Positions 1 through 9,482 of a stretch of DNA of 64,000 bases are shown piece by piece. The stretch comes from Candidatus Poribacteria bacterium (GTDB taxonomy: Bacteria; Poribacteria; WGA-4E; PCPOR2b). Each line of letters starts with the position of its first letter. Within the stretch, counting starts at the first letter, position 1. The notes beneath the pieces were generated by a model. It did no database searches, was not told the DNA's origin, and saw nothing but the letters and a program-made list of their open reading frames with translations. Both the position numbers and the translations under genes were made by a program. The stretch is taken from the NCBI GenBank assembly GCA_965198175.1, contig OZ240245.1, positions 1,280,001-1,344,000 on the forward strand, given 5' to 3'.

Positions 1-685
1 TCAGCGTCGCTTCATCATGCATATTCCGTAGAATGCCTCGCTGATTTGTCAGTAGGATGAGTTTTTCTGCCTGAAGGGCAGCCGCAATTTCCCCGGCAGT
101 GATGTCCGCGTTTATGTTGTAGGTGCAGCCATCTTCCCCAACACCGCTTGGGGCAATCACAGGGACATATCCCGCCTGATCCAGCGCCATGATAACTTCA
201 GGGCGTACTTCTACAATATCACCCACAAAGCCAAGATCGACGGTCGATGAGTCCCCGGAACCATCGACGATGTGGGCGAAATGTTTTGTCGCACGGATGA
301 GGTTGGCATCTTTTCCACAGAGACCGACCGCGTTCCCACCATGCTGATTTATCAGTGAAACAATCTCCTTATTAATTGCGCCAGCTAACACCATTTCGGC
401 AATCTCAATCGTCTCCCGATCCGTAACGCGCAGCCCCTGCACAAACTCAGCCTCTTTGCCGATTCGCTTCATCCAACGGCTAATTTTCGCGCCTCCGCCA
501 TGTACAACTACAGGGTGCATGCCGATGTATTTCATTAAAACGATGTCCTGCATTACGCTGTGCTTGAGTGATTCCTGCTCCATTGCGGAACCCCCATACT
601 TAATCACAATTGTCTTGCCCGAAAACCGGCGGATGTACGGCAACGCTTCAATCAGAATATCCGCTTTTTTTACGAGTTCATCCAT
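1..685 (-). CDS. argB: Acetylglutamate kinase (3' end outside window)
   Basis: Not in the ORF track. Manual translation from ATG at 685 gives MDELVKKADILIEALPYIRRFSGKTIVIKYGGSAM...VVVHGGG. Lies directly downstream of argJ. Confidence 0.95.
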   Translation of the reverse strand, partial: MDELVKKADILIEALPYIRRFSGKTIVIKYGGSAMEQESLKHSVMQDIVLMKYIGMHPVVVHGGGAKISRWMKRIGKEAEFVQGLRVTDRETIEIAEMVLAGAINKEIVSLINQHGGNAVGLCGKDANLIRATKHFAHIVDGSGDSSTVDLGFVGDIVEVRPEVIMALDQAGYVPVIAPSGVGEDGCTYNINADITAGEIAAALQAEKLILLTNQRGILRNMHDEATL

Positions 686-795
686 TACCACACTCCAATT
701 TCTAAAAGATTATAGCCAATTGGGAGTTCAATTTGTTGTTGACCAGTGCCTGTTTTTTGAATGACCGTTCGCCACTAACCACTAGCTACTGTCTT

Positions 796-2001
796 TTAAG
801 TCCGGTAGTCCGCATTTATTCGAATATAATCGTAAGAATAGTCGCATGTCCACATGGTGACCGCTGCATCACCCGCATTCAGATTGACGGCAATCGTCAC
901 GGTATCCTTGGAAAAGGGGTCAGTTGCCTTCTCTTCATCAAATCCCGCGTCCATTCCCTCCTTGACAAGCTGGTAGCCGCCGAGCCACACATCCACTTGA
1001 TACGGGTCGAATTCCGCTTCCGATTTTCCAATCGCCATCATAATCCTGCCCCAATTTGCGTCCGCCCCGAAAACAGCGGTTTTCACGAGCGGCGACTCCG
1101 CGATTGCGCGGGCTACCATCTCTCCTTCCGCTTCGCTCTTCGCACCTTTCACAATCACTTCGACTAGCTTCGTTGCGCCCTCCCCATCTTGGGCGATCAT
1201 CTTTGCTAGTTCTATACAGACAAAATCCAATCCTTCGCGGAATGCGTTACTATCTTCACTGCCAACTTCTGATATGATTGGATTATCCGCTAATCCGGTC
1301 GCCATGATTAGCACGGTGTCGTTTGTGCTGCTATCCGAATCGACTGTCATACGGTTGAAAGATTTTGCAACAGATTCGCGTAACACTGTCTGCAGCGGCT
1401 CACTGGCGATATTCACATCTGTCGCCAGAAAAGCGAGCATCGTGGCAAGATTCGGGGCAATCATCCCCGCACCCTTCGTCATGCCGCCAATCCTGACTTT
1501 TTTTCCGCCAATCTCAACCTCAGCGGCAATCTCTTTGGAGACCGTATCCGTCGTCATGATTGCAAGGGCGGCATCATGACCACCGTCTGACCGCAATGCC
1601 TCCGCGGCAAGACGAATGCCGTTAGCAATTTTGTCCATTGGCAACTGCTCGCCGATGACCCCCGTCGAAGCGACTAACACAAGGCTTGGCTCGATGCCGA
1701 GCGCTTCCCCTGCCAACGAGGTCATCTGTCGTGCATTCGTGAATCCAATCTTGCCCGTGCATGCGTTAGCGTTCTTGCTGTTGACGACAATCGCTTGAGC
1801 CGTATGGTCATTGAGATTTTCACGGCACGCCAAAACGACTGGCGCGCAGACACGATTTCTCGTGAAGACACCCGCCGCAACCGCAGGTACATCCGCAGCA
1901 ATCAGGGCAACATCTTTTTGGTTGTCCGGTTTCAGCCCGGCATGTACGCCTGCTGCGCGAATTCCCGGCACCGCTGTAATTCCGCCTTCTATCTGTTTCA
2001 T
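796..2001 (-). CDS. argJ: Bifunctional ornithine acetyltransferase / N-acetylglutamate synthase
   Basis: Motifs NANACTG, IMTTDT, KGAGMIAPNLATML, DSSTNDT, DGEGATK and C-terminal INADYRT. Start moved from 2067 to MKQIEGG (2001) because of a GGGAG RBS and a promoter overlapping 2067. Confidence 0.96.
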   Translation of the reverse strand: MKQIEGGITAVPGIRAAGVHAGLKPDNQKDVALIAADVPAVAAGVFTRNRVCAPVVLACRENLNDHTAQAIVVNSKNANACTGKIGFTNARQMTSLAGEALGIEPSLVLVASTGVIGEQLPMDKIANGIRLAAEALRSDGGHDAALAIMTTDTVSKEIAAEVEIGGKKVRIGGMTKGAGMIAPNLATMLAFLATDVNIASEPLQTVLRESVAKSFNRMTVDSDSSTNDTVLIMATGLADNPIISEVGSEDSNAFREGLDFVCIELAKMIAQDGEGATKLVEVIVKGAKSEAEGEMVARAIAESPLVKTAVFGADANWGRIMMAIGKSEAEFDPYQVDVWLGGYQLVKEGMDAGFDEEKATDPFSKDTVTIAVNLNAGDAAVTMWTCDYSYDYIRINADYRT

Positions 2002-2066
2002 CAATAAGCTCCCTGATTGATGCTCCGAACCTTTGAAGACCTTCACTCTTATAGTCAATCCGAGCA

Positions 2067-2095
2067 ATTATAGCGAGTCATCTGAGAATTGTCAA
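2067..2095 (-). promoter_or_regulatory. Sigma-70 promoter for argJ-argB
   Basis: Perfect TTGACA-17 nt-TATAAT on the minus strand. Confidence 0.85.
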
Positions 2096-2113
2096 TTGCA
2101 ATTCTATTTTCGA

Positions 2114-2142
2114 TTGCTAACAAATCGCTTTGGTGGTATAAT
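2114..2142 (+). promoter_or_regulatory. Sigma-70 promoter for sppA (divergent)
   Basis: TTGCTA-17 nt-TATAAT with TGG immediately before the -10 box. Confidence 0.7.
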
Positions 2143-2217
2143 GCCAAGAACCATCCCAGTGACCCATACAGCGAATCTCATAATGTCTAATTCCTGATTC
2201 ATAGTGAAGGAGTTGAC

Positions 2218-4584
2218 TTGAATAAAACAAAAGTTCTCATCTTTTCCACGCTGGCGATTTTCATCTTCTCCCAACTTACCGCTGCCGCTTCACCGAAAGT
2301 GAACACACGCCTCCCCTCTAACTCTGTTGCTGTCAGCGACGATGCGCTGGCAACATTTTTTAATCCGGCAGGCTTAGGAACGGGGCGTAGATTCAACCTC
2401 TACTATCTGCGGTCCTACCAAAGCGATCCGGTTGGCGATGACGCCTTTTTCATTTCTACGGCGAAAGCGGGTTTCGGTATGGAATTTGCCAACGCTGGGA
2501 ATGATATAGATTTCAATCGATATACCGTGTCCAGTGGAGGACGTCTCAGCGGCTCATTATATTGGGGAACAGGTTATAGCTGGGTGAATTCAGATGATGA
2601 AGATTATGATAAACTCTCGTCGTTGTCGCTGGGGTTAATGATTCGTCGCCGATATCTTTCAGTCGGCGCCATTGGACGCGATCTCAACCGTCCCCGATTC
2701 CGAGGTCAAAAGCTCGGTAGAATCTACGATATCGGAATCGCGCTTCGTCCGAGGACCTCACGAATCACCTTCTCTATTGATGCGCGCAAAGTCGAGGATG
2801 TCGATGGGCTGCATTTCAGTTATGCGCTTGAGATTCGCCCTGTTAACGGATTCACGTTGCGGGGCAACCTGAACGAAGATAGCAGTTTCGATCTCCATTT
2901 CGGGTTTAACATCGGGCAAATGGGGCTAGGAACCTATAACCGTTTCGACGAGGTTGGGAAACACCAAGAGGGGGTGGGGTATCTTCACCTCTCCCAAGCA
3001 CTCCACACCACGCGGCACATTCGGCGTAAAATCTTCCTTGATGTGCGTATGGGTCAAATCGAAAAAACGCTCAAAGCGGCGAAACGAGATCGAGAGGTTG
3101 TTGGTGCGCTAATCAGAGTTGGTGGGGGAGACTACGGGTTAGCACGTTTACAAGAAATGCGCGATGCAATCCTCGATTTCAAGTCGGCTGGAAAGAAGGT
3201 AATCTGTTACATGATCAACAGCTCGACCGGGAATTACACGCTGGCATCGGTATCGGATCGGATTGTTCTTCACCCGTCGGGAGAGGTGCGTTTGATTGGG
3301 TTACGATCGGAGGTTTCATTCTACAGAGGAGTATTGGACAAACTTGGAATCCGCGCACATCTAGAACATGTTGGCGAGTACAAATCGGCGTCAGATCTCT
3401 TCACGCGCACAAATATGTCAGAAGCGCATCGTGAAATGCAGGAGTCGATTTTAGATGACCTATACGATCAACTCACCCAATTGATTGCAGAAGGGCGCAG
3501 TTGGACTCAGGAAGAGGTGAAGCAACTCATAGATCAGGGACCATTTACCGCAAAACAGGCATTGGAAAACGGACTTGTTGATCAGATCGCTTACCGCGAT
3601 GAATTGGAGGATATTGCCAAAGCGTTAATAGGAAAGCATCATCGGTTGGTCAAGGCACAAACATATTTGAATACCGATGTGTACACCTACGATTGGGAGT
3701 CGCCACTGCCGAAAATTGCCATCATCGAAGCAACAGGAATGATGGTGACGGGTGAAAGTTTCACGGATCCGCTCACCGGAACAACAACCATGGGCGCTTC
3801 TACAATCGCCCGATCTATCGAAGCTACCCGAAAAGATTCATCAATCAAAGCGGTCGTGCTACGAATTGATAGCGTTGGCGGCTTGGTCATTGCCGCGGAT
3901 AGAATCTGGCGCGAACTTATACAACTAAAATCAGTCAAGCCGCTGATTGTTTCAATGGGCGATGTCGCTGGATCAGGAGGGTACTATATCGCTGTGCCCG
4001 GTGACGTAATCGTCGCTGAGCCTGGAACAATCACAGGCTCAATCGGCGTAATCGGCGGTAAATATAGCCTCAAAGGACTCTACAACAAGATCGGGCTTCA
4101 CAAAGAGATTATTAAGCGCGGAAAACACGCCGACTTTTATACGGACTACAGCGATTATCCACTCGAAGAACGCATTATCGTGCAGAGGCAGATTCAAGAA
4201 ATTTACGACGCTTTCATTGACAAAGTGGCGAACGCACGAAATATGACAAGAGAAGCGGTCGATAGTGTGGGCAGGGGGCGCATCTGGACAGGTAGGCAGG
4301 CTAAGGAACATGGGCTTGTCGATGAGCTTGGTGGATTAGCGCTTGCGCTCTCAACTGCACGAAAGCGTGCCGGATTAGAGAACAGAGAAGTTCAGCTTGT
4401 CCGATTGCCAAAACAGAGTTTGTGGTCGCAGTTGGTTCGCGCCTTTCACGAAGGTTATGGGGCGCTTCCAATGCGTAAGACTACCTCGCTAGACATTTTG
4501 TGGGAAGCCTCTCCCGTCGTAGATCTCATCACAAAGCATCGAACATTTTTGCTGATGCCGTACCAAATCACCGCCAACGATTGA
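2218..4584 (+). CDS. sppA: Signal peptide peptidase SppA (S49, 67K type) with an N-terminal beta-rich extension
   Basis: Catalytic Lys motif VGEYKSA, catalytic Ser motif VSMGDVAGSGGYY, plus TITGSIGV and GRIWTGRQA. About 260 extra N-terminal residues follow a signal peptide. Confidence 0.92.
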   Translation: MNKTKVLIFSTLAIFIFSQLTAAASPKVNTRLPSNSVAVSDDALATFFNPAGLGTGRRFNLYYLRSYQSDPVGDDAFFISTAKAGFGMEFANAGNDIDFNRYTVSSGGRLSGSLYWGTGYSWVNSDDEDYDKLSSLSLGLMIRRRYLSVGAIGRDLNRPRFRGQKLGRIYDIGIALRPRTSRITFSIDARKVEDVDGLHFSYALEIRPVNGFTLRGNLNEDSSFDLHFGFNIGQMGLGTYNRFDEVGKHQEGVGYLHLSQALHTTRHIRRKIFLDVRMGQIEKTLKAAKRDREVVGALIRVGGGDYGLARLQEMRDAILDFKSAGKKVICYMINSSTGNYTLASVSDRIVLHPSGEVRLIGLRSEVSFYRGVLDKLGIRAHLEHVGEYKSASDLFTRTNMSEAHREMQESILDDLYDQLTQLIAEGRSWTQEEVKQLIDQGPFTAKQALENGLVDQIAYRDELEDIAKALIGKHHRLVKAQTYLNTDVYTYDWESPLPKIAIIEATGMMVTGESFTDPLTGTTTMGASTIARSIEATRKDSSIKAVVLRIDSVGGLVIAADRIWRELIQLKSVKPLIVSMGDVAGSGGYYIAVPGDVIVAEPGTITGSIGVIGGKYSLKGLYNKIGLHKEIIKRGKHADFYTDYSDYPLEERIIVQRQIQEIYDAFIDKVANARNMTREAVDSVGRGRIWTGRQAKEHGLVDELGGLALALSTARKRAGLENREVQLVRLPKQSLWSQLVRAFHEGYGALPMRKTTSLDILWEASPVVDLITKHRTFLLMPYQITAND

Positions 4585-4590
4585 CAACAA

Positions 4591-4686
4591 GGATAGATCA
4601 AGCGAACGGATAGTGAGCGCGATAGTTTTAGAAGACTATCGCCTAAGATTTCTATCGCACTCCCTATTCGGTCGCTTGATCTATTC
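4591..4686. repeat. Long imperfect inverted repeat between sppA and pcm
   Basis: atagatcaagcgaacggatagtgagcgcgatag pairs with ctatcgcactccctattcggtcgcttgatctat (33 bp, 4 mismatches). Confidence 0.8.
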
Positions 4687-4738
4687 GCTCAGTTGATTGT
4701 TTTCATCTACGAGAGCGGAATGTAGGCAGGAGATCACG

Positions 4739-5416
4739 ATGCGTTTCCGTGGCAAACAGCCGATGAATGCGCCCTTATCAACGACGAATTCCTATGCGAG
4801 TTTGCGAGAAGAAATGGTGCGCGTGCAGATTAAAAAACGGGGAATAAGAAACAGAGATGTTTTAGAGGCGATGCGGAAGGTACCGCGCCATCTGTTCTTG
4901 AATCCCGAATCTATCGACAGCGCTTACGAAGACCATGCGCTATCAATAGACGGCGGTCAGACAATTTCTCAGCCGTATATTGTTGCACTCATGACGGACC
5001 GGCTTGAACTCGAGCCGGAATCAAAGGTGCTTGAAATCGGTACGGGCTGTGGGTATCAGACAGCGGTATTGGCGGAGATTATTGATGAGGTATACACCGT
5101 TGAGATTATCCCTGAGTTGGCGGAAAATGCGTGGCAACGGTTGGCAGCGCTCGGTTATCAAAATGTCCATAAGAAAATCGGCAACGGGTATTACGGTTGG
5201 GAAGAGTGTGCGCCGTTTGACCGGATTATTATCACCGCTGCTCCGAAAAAAGTACCGGATCATCTCATCGAACAGTTGACTGAAGGCGGGCGAATGGTGG
5301 TTCCCATCGGCGACTTCTACCAAGATTTGGTAATTGTTTGCAAAACCGTTAACGGACTCGAGCGACAGAAGATTTCCGACGTTCGCTTTGTTCCAATGAC
5401 CTGCGCACCGGAATAG
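4739..5416 (+). CDS. pcm: Protein-L-isoaspartate O-methyltransferase
   Basis: GQTISQPYIVA, VLEIGTGCGYQTAVL, APFDRIIITAA and VRFVPM. GGAG RBS before ATG 4739. Confidence 0.95.
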   Translation: MRFRGKQPMNAPLSTTNSYASLREEMVRVQIKKRGIRNRDVLEAMRKVPRHLFLNPESIDSAYEDHALSIDGGQTISQPYIVALMTDRLELEPESKVLEIGTGCGYQTAVLAEIIDEVYTVEIIPELAENAWQRLAALGYQNVHKKIGNGYYGWEECAPFDRIIITAAPKKVPDHLIEQLTEGGRMVVPIGDFYQDLVIVCKTVNGLERQKISDVRFVPMTCAPE

Positions 5417-5459
5417 CCGTCACAGGTGCAATCGAATCCGCTTACCAAGACAGGATGAT

Positions 5460-6020
5460 ATGCTACAACAACTGCTACAAGAACTTCTCAGGTTTCTATC
5501 CACATCAACGGGACAGTGGACGTTGCTTGGAGTTGTAACTGTCGTTGCTTTCGCAGTGGTTTACCATAAAAAGCGGCAGATTGTCGATTTCACGGCTGAA
5601 GTGATTGAAGATGATTCATGGTTTATCAACCGCGATGATAACCACAGACTGGCGATTGTCGTCTCCCTTCATCTGATTAACAAATCCGGGGCTCCCGTCC
5701 GTATATGGAAATGTACGTTGAGCGGCTATACGCCCAGAGAGAACCCACCACGGTTTGTTCTGAATGGTTATGACAGGACAGTCGAACTCGAACACCCTAA
5801 GCATGACCATTTTTACGCGGGGCAAGAGTACGTCGTCAACCCGTACAGTGAGCAACGGATGTGGGCGTATTATGAATCACGGACAGTAACGCTAAGCAAT
5901 TTGCTGCGCGCTCCCATCATTATCAAGGACGCCAATCGGAAACGAAAATCAGTCCCGGTTGCGATTCCCCGAAACGCACAGCAGATTGAGCTTTATAATG
6001 AGGCGGCAAGGAAGTGGTGA
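5460..6020 (+). CDS. Hypothetical single-pass membrane protein
   Basis: 186-aa ORF with AGGA RBS, an N-terminal hydrophobic helix and a beta-rich soluble part. Confidence 0.75.
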   Translation: MLQQLLQELLRFLSTSTGQWTLLGVVTVVAFAVVYHKKRQIVDFTAEVIEDDSWFINRDDNHRLAIVVSLHLINKSGAPVRIWKCTLSGYTPRENPPRFVLNGYDRTVELEHPKHDHFYAGQEYVVNPYSEQRMWAYYESRTVTLSNLLRAPIIIKDANRKRKSVPVAIPRNAQQIELYNEAARKW

Positions 6021-6298
6021 TACGGGAGAGAATGCGGAAGTCATCGTTCGAAGCCAAGTTCCTGAACATAAGGTGATACAACGGTAACTCAATTGCACAT
6101 ATGAATTTTTCAAATAAAAGCCACTCAATATCCTCCGACCCATCCAAATCTTAGTTCGTGTAAGGCGAAAACCAATCGTACAGATTACCAGCTTCCGAAC
6201 TACGGCTCGGCCCCTTACGAAGATTCATCTAATCGACCTTCCTATAATGCAAAACCACCTGTGAATACTAAATATTCCGCTACTCACATATGTGTTTA

Positions 6299-7282
6299 CT
6301 AAGGCATCAATACCTCGATAGCATTACGAATTTTCTCTTGTAGCTCCTTATTTCCCGCCCTTGTGGCTAGTTCCATCGCTTTATCAAAGTCAGTCTTCGC
6401 TACACCATATTCTCCCACTCCGCATTTGGACAAACCTCGATAGAAATAAGCAGTAGCATTATTTGGTAGCAAGCCCATAACTTCGTCAAGGTCTATTATA
6501 GCCGACTCGTATTTTTCTAGCATCGCCTTGGCCTGACCGCTATAAAGTAAAGCCGCACCTCGAAAGTCGTCGGCATTAGCCGGAGGCGGCAGGCGCAGCG
6601 CTTGGTAATAGTCTGCTACAGCTTCCGTAAGATTTCCCAAATCTAAATTTGCAGCGCCGCGAACAGCGTATGCTTCCGTATATTCAGGATTAAGTTGGAT
6701 AGCGGTATTAAGTTCAACTATTGCAGCTTCATTTTCTCCCGCCATATGTCTTGCTGCTCCTGTAGCAAGATGATACATACTGGGATTATCATGTTTAGAC
6801 TGTTCGTTCTTGTTGTGTAGTCGCTGCATGAATTCTCCGAATGACCCGGGTGGTGTGTCTGCATTGTCTTGATCGTCCTGCAATTGGAGAGACTTTTCAA
6901 GGTTGGCAAGATTCGCGGTTAGCCCAACAGCTAAGTCCCGTACGGCATAGGCGTCAGCAAGATTCGGTTTCAGTCGTATCGCTTCGTCAAGGTCTGCTAT
7001 ACCCGCGTCGAATACACCACACTGTGCCTTCAGTGTCCCTCGAAGGTAGTAGGCGTTGGCAAAATCCGGTTTTAGGTGTATCGCTTCGTCAAGATCTGCT
7101 ATGCCAGGGCCAATTTCGTCTAGTTGATTCTTCACCCACCCTCGAAAGTAGTAGGCGTCGGCAACATCCGGTTTCAGCCGTATCGCCTCGTCGAAATCCG
7201 CAATGGCATCTGTGTGTTTTCCTGCCTTAATCTTCGCAACACCAGCTTTGAAATAAAGCCAAGACTTAATTGCTTTTAGCAT
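6299..7282 (-). CDS. Tetratricopeptide repeat protein
   Basis: 34-aa repeats of the form IADxDEAIxLKP..ADAYYxRG, also visible as a 102-bp DNA periodicity near 6980, 7082 and 7184. Confidence 0.92.
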   Translation of the reverse strand: MLKAIKSWLYFKAGVAKIKAGKHTDAIADFDEAIRLKPDVADAYYFRGWVKNQLDEIGPGIADLDEAIHLKPDFANAYYLRGTLKAQCGVFDAGIADLDEAIRLKPNLADAYAVRDLAVGLTANLANLEKSLQLQDDQDNADTPPGSFGEFMQRLHNKNEQSKHDNPSMYHLATGAARHMAGENEAAIVELNTAIQLNPEYTEAYAVRGAANLDLGNLTEAVADYYQALRLPPPANADDFRGAALLYSGQAKAMLEKYESAIIDLDEVMGLLPNNATAYFYRGLSKCGVGEYGVAKTDFDKAMELATRAGNKELQEKIRNAIEVLMP

Positions 7283-7684
7283 AGGGACTTCCTCGGTTGA
7301 ATGTTAACCCTCTTATGGCTTTTCGCCCTGTGTGATTAAACCCTCTAGAGCTTTGGTCTTGTCTTCAGATTCTCTCCAGGTGATATGATATCGCGATGAA
7401 TCTTTGAGGTTGTGGTCCAGTTTTTCAACCTAAACTTAAAACTATAGTTAAAACCGGATTCAAATTAATGACCGTGAACCCAATCGTACAAAAACAATCC
7501 CGACGCTTGGCGTCCTCGTTGTCTTCGAGTAAACAGTCCTGGACATCGAAACCGACAAATGTAACGACTTAACGTCGTAGCATTAATGTGTCAATGTGTT
7601 CTTGACCACCGGAGGCGCCCAAACGAACTTAAAGAATAACATGAAGCGCACGAATCATAAGTCCCGTTGTCCGCATCAGTAGCC

Positions 7685-8338
7685 TTAATAGCCGATAGAA
7701 TTCGTTGTTTCGACGACGCAATCGCCATGTGTATTGATACCCATGAAGGCACCACCTTGTCCTACGACGGGAACCGCTGGCCATTTTCATCCGCTACTAC
7801 GGAGCAGCGCCCCTTCCGTGCCGCGCACAGTAACACGCCCGCCATGTGCATCGATAATGAGCGCCGCCTTCGTTACTCCATTTTTGCCAACGACATCAAC
7901 CCGTCCGCCATGCTCATCGCTACGCAAAACCGCCCCCGATTTCCCCTTTCTCCCAAAGACTGTGACACGCCCACCACAGTCATCGCTATACACCGACGCC
8001 CTTAACTCCCCATCATTGTCCGCCACCGTGACAAAACCGCCCTGTTCAGAGTTACCTAACACAACCTTCAGTGTTCCCTCCGCATCAACAATCTCTAACC
8101 TAGAACACTGTATCGTTTCAAATTTATCTTGTTGTGCCGTTGCCGAAGAATCGCCCTCCGCCTCCGCTTCACAACAGCGAAGTTTATGGCCTACCAAAAC
8201 CAGCATTGTCCCACTGGTGCCGACCACCATTATAATCATTGTGTCATAGACTGAAGTCAGCAATATCCCAATTATCGTGAATAGACTTCCGATCCCTGCA
8301 TAGACCAATTTGATTTTCCAATTCTGGCCGTAAAACAT
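7685..8338 (-). pseudogene. GGxVxVxGKDG-repeat family protein, disrupted near the C-terminus
   Basis: Start MFYGQNW at 8338 with GGAGG RBS; paralog of 8425..9372. TGA at 7787-7789 is followed in frame by a family-like tail (AFMGINTHGDCVVETTNSIGY*) ending at 7685. Confidence 0.65.
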
Positions 8339-8424
8339 TGAGTTACCCTCCGTTTTCTTGTTAGAAACTAAAGCCACAAATGCAACATCGTTTATTACTT
8401 TCAACTTCCCTTACTCTTGACCTT

Positions 8425-9372
8425 CTACTTACCGTCAATTGGGAACACGGTACCGTTCCCATGTTCATCAATAGCGAGTGCCGCGCCCGATTGCCCATCC
8501 TTGCCAATGGCACTGACAATTCCGCCATGTTCACCGATACAGAGCTCCGCTGCCCCTTGCCCATCTTTACCGCTGACACGGACACCACCTCCATGTTCGC
8601 CATGAATAGTCAGTGCTGCTGCCGGTTTCCCATCTTTGCCCAAAACATAGACCATTCCTCCATCGTCTCTCATATCGAGCCCTGCCCGTTGCCCATGTCT
8701 GCCTGAGACATCGACCTGTCCTCCATTTTCATCACTATACACCGATGCCCTAAACTCCCCATCATTGTCCGCCACCGTGACAATTCCACCATGCCCACCG
8801 ACAGAGAGCGTCGCTGCCGATTTCGTTTCCTTGCCGAATGCAGCGACACATCCCCTTTGATCCTGGGCACCGAGTCCTGCCCTCAATTGCCCATCCTTAC
8901 CATAGACGCTGACCTCACCGCAATGTTTACCGATACCCAGTTCCACCCTCGATTTCTCATCTTTACCCCGGACATCAACAACCCCGCCATGTTCCATCAC
9001 CCTGAGCGATGCCCCCAATTTCCCATCATGCCCCTGCACTATGACAGCGCCACCGTATTGTTCCGTCACAGTGAGCATCACCCCGACAGTTTCGTCTTTG
9101 TCTAGAATACTGACATGGCCGCCTTCGTTACCGATACCGAGCCCCACTCCAGATTCCCCATCTTTGTCCAAAACACGGACAACACCGCCGCGTTCACCGA
9201 CGCCGAGAACCACTCCTGGTATTCCCTCCGCATTGACGATTGTCAGCGAGGTACATTCGATCTCGCCGAATTTATCGCATGCCACAGTCACTGGAAACAG
9301 ACGCCTCCCAATGAGCATCCCGACAATGGTTAATAGACCTCCCACCGCTGCATAGCCTAAAATCTCTAACAT
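8425..9372 (-). CDS. Membrane-anchored or secreted repeat protein with ~22-aa GGxVxVxGKDG units
   Basis: N-terminal TM, DKFGEIECTSLTIV motif, then about 11 tandem repeats. Confidence 0.85.
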   Translation of the reverse strand: MLEILGYAAVGGLLTIVGMLIGRRLFPVTVACDKFGEIECTSLTIVNAEGIPGVVLGVGERGGVVRVLDKDGESGVGLGIGNEGGHVSILDKDETVGVMLTVTEQYGGAVIVQGHDGKLGASLRVMEHGGVVDVRGKDEKSRVELGIGKHCGEVSVYGKDGQLRAGLGAQDQRGCVAAFGKETKSAATLSVGGHGGIVTVADNDGEFRASVYSDENGGQVDVSGRHGQRAGLDMRDDGGMVYVLGKDGKPAAALTIHGEHGGGVRVSGKDGQGAAELCIGEHGGIVSAIGKDGQSGAALAIDEHGNGTVFPIDGK

Positions 9373-9482
9373 AATAAAAACCCCCTTTTCGCAGTGACTT
9401 GCAACAACATCCCGACATGTATCAAAAGACTCCCAAAACCCGCATAGACCAGATTGTTTTGCAATTGTTGTCTATAAAACAT
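9366..9482 (-). pseudogene. 38-aa N-terminal remnant of the same repeat family
   Basis: MFYRQQLQNNLVYAGFGSLLIHVGMLLQVTAK aligns with MFYGQNWKIKLVYAGIGSLFTIIGILLTSV of the gene starting at 8338. Confidence 0.7.

Noticed and set aside
6155..6222. REP-like GTAAGG...CCTTAC pair
   Set aside because: Arms are only 6-7 bp and degenerate, with no second copy in the window.
7787..7789. Selenocysteine or programmed readthrough at the in-frame TGA
   Set aside because: No Cys-equivalent position or evident SECIS; the shifted frame matches the repeat better, favouring indels.
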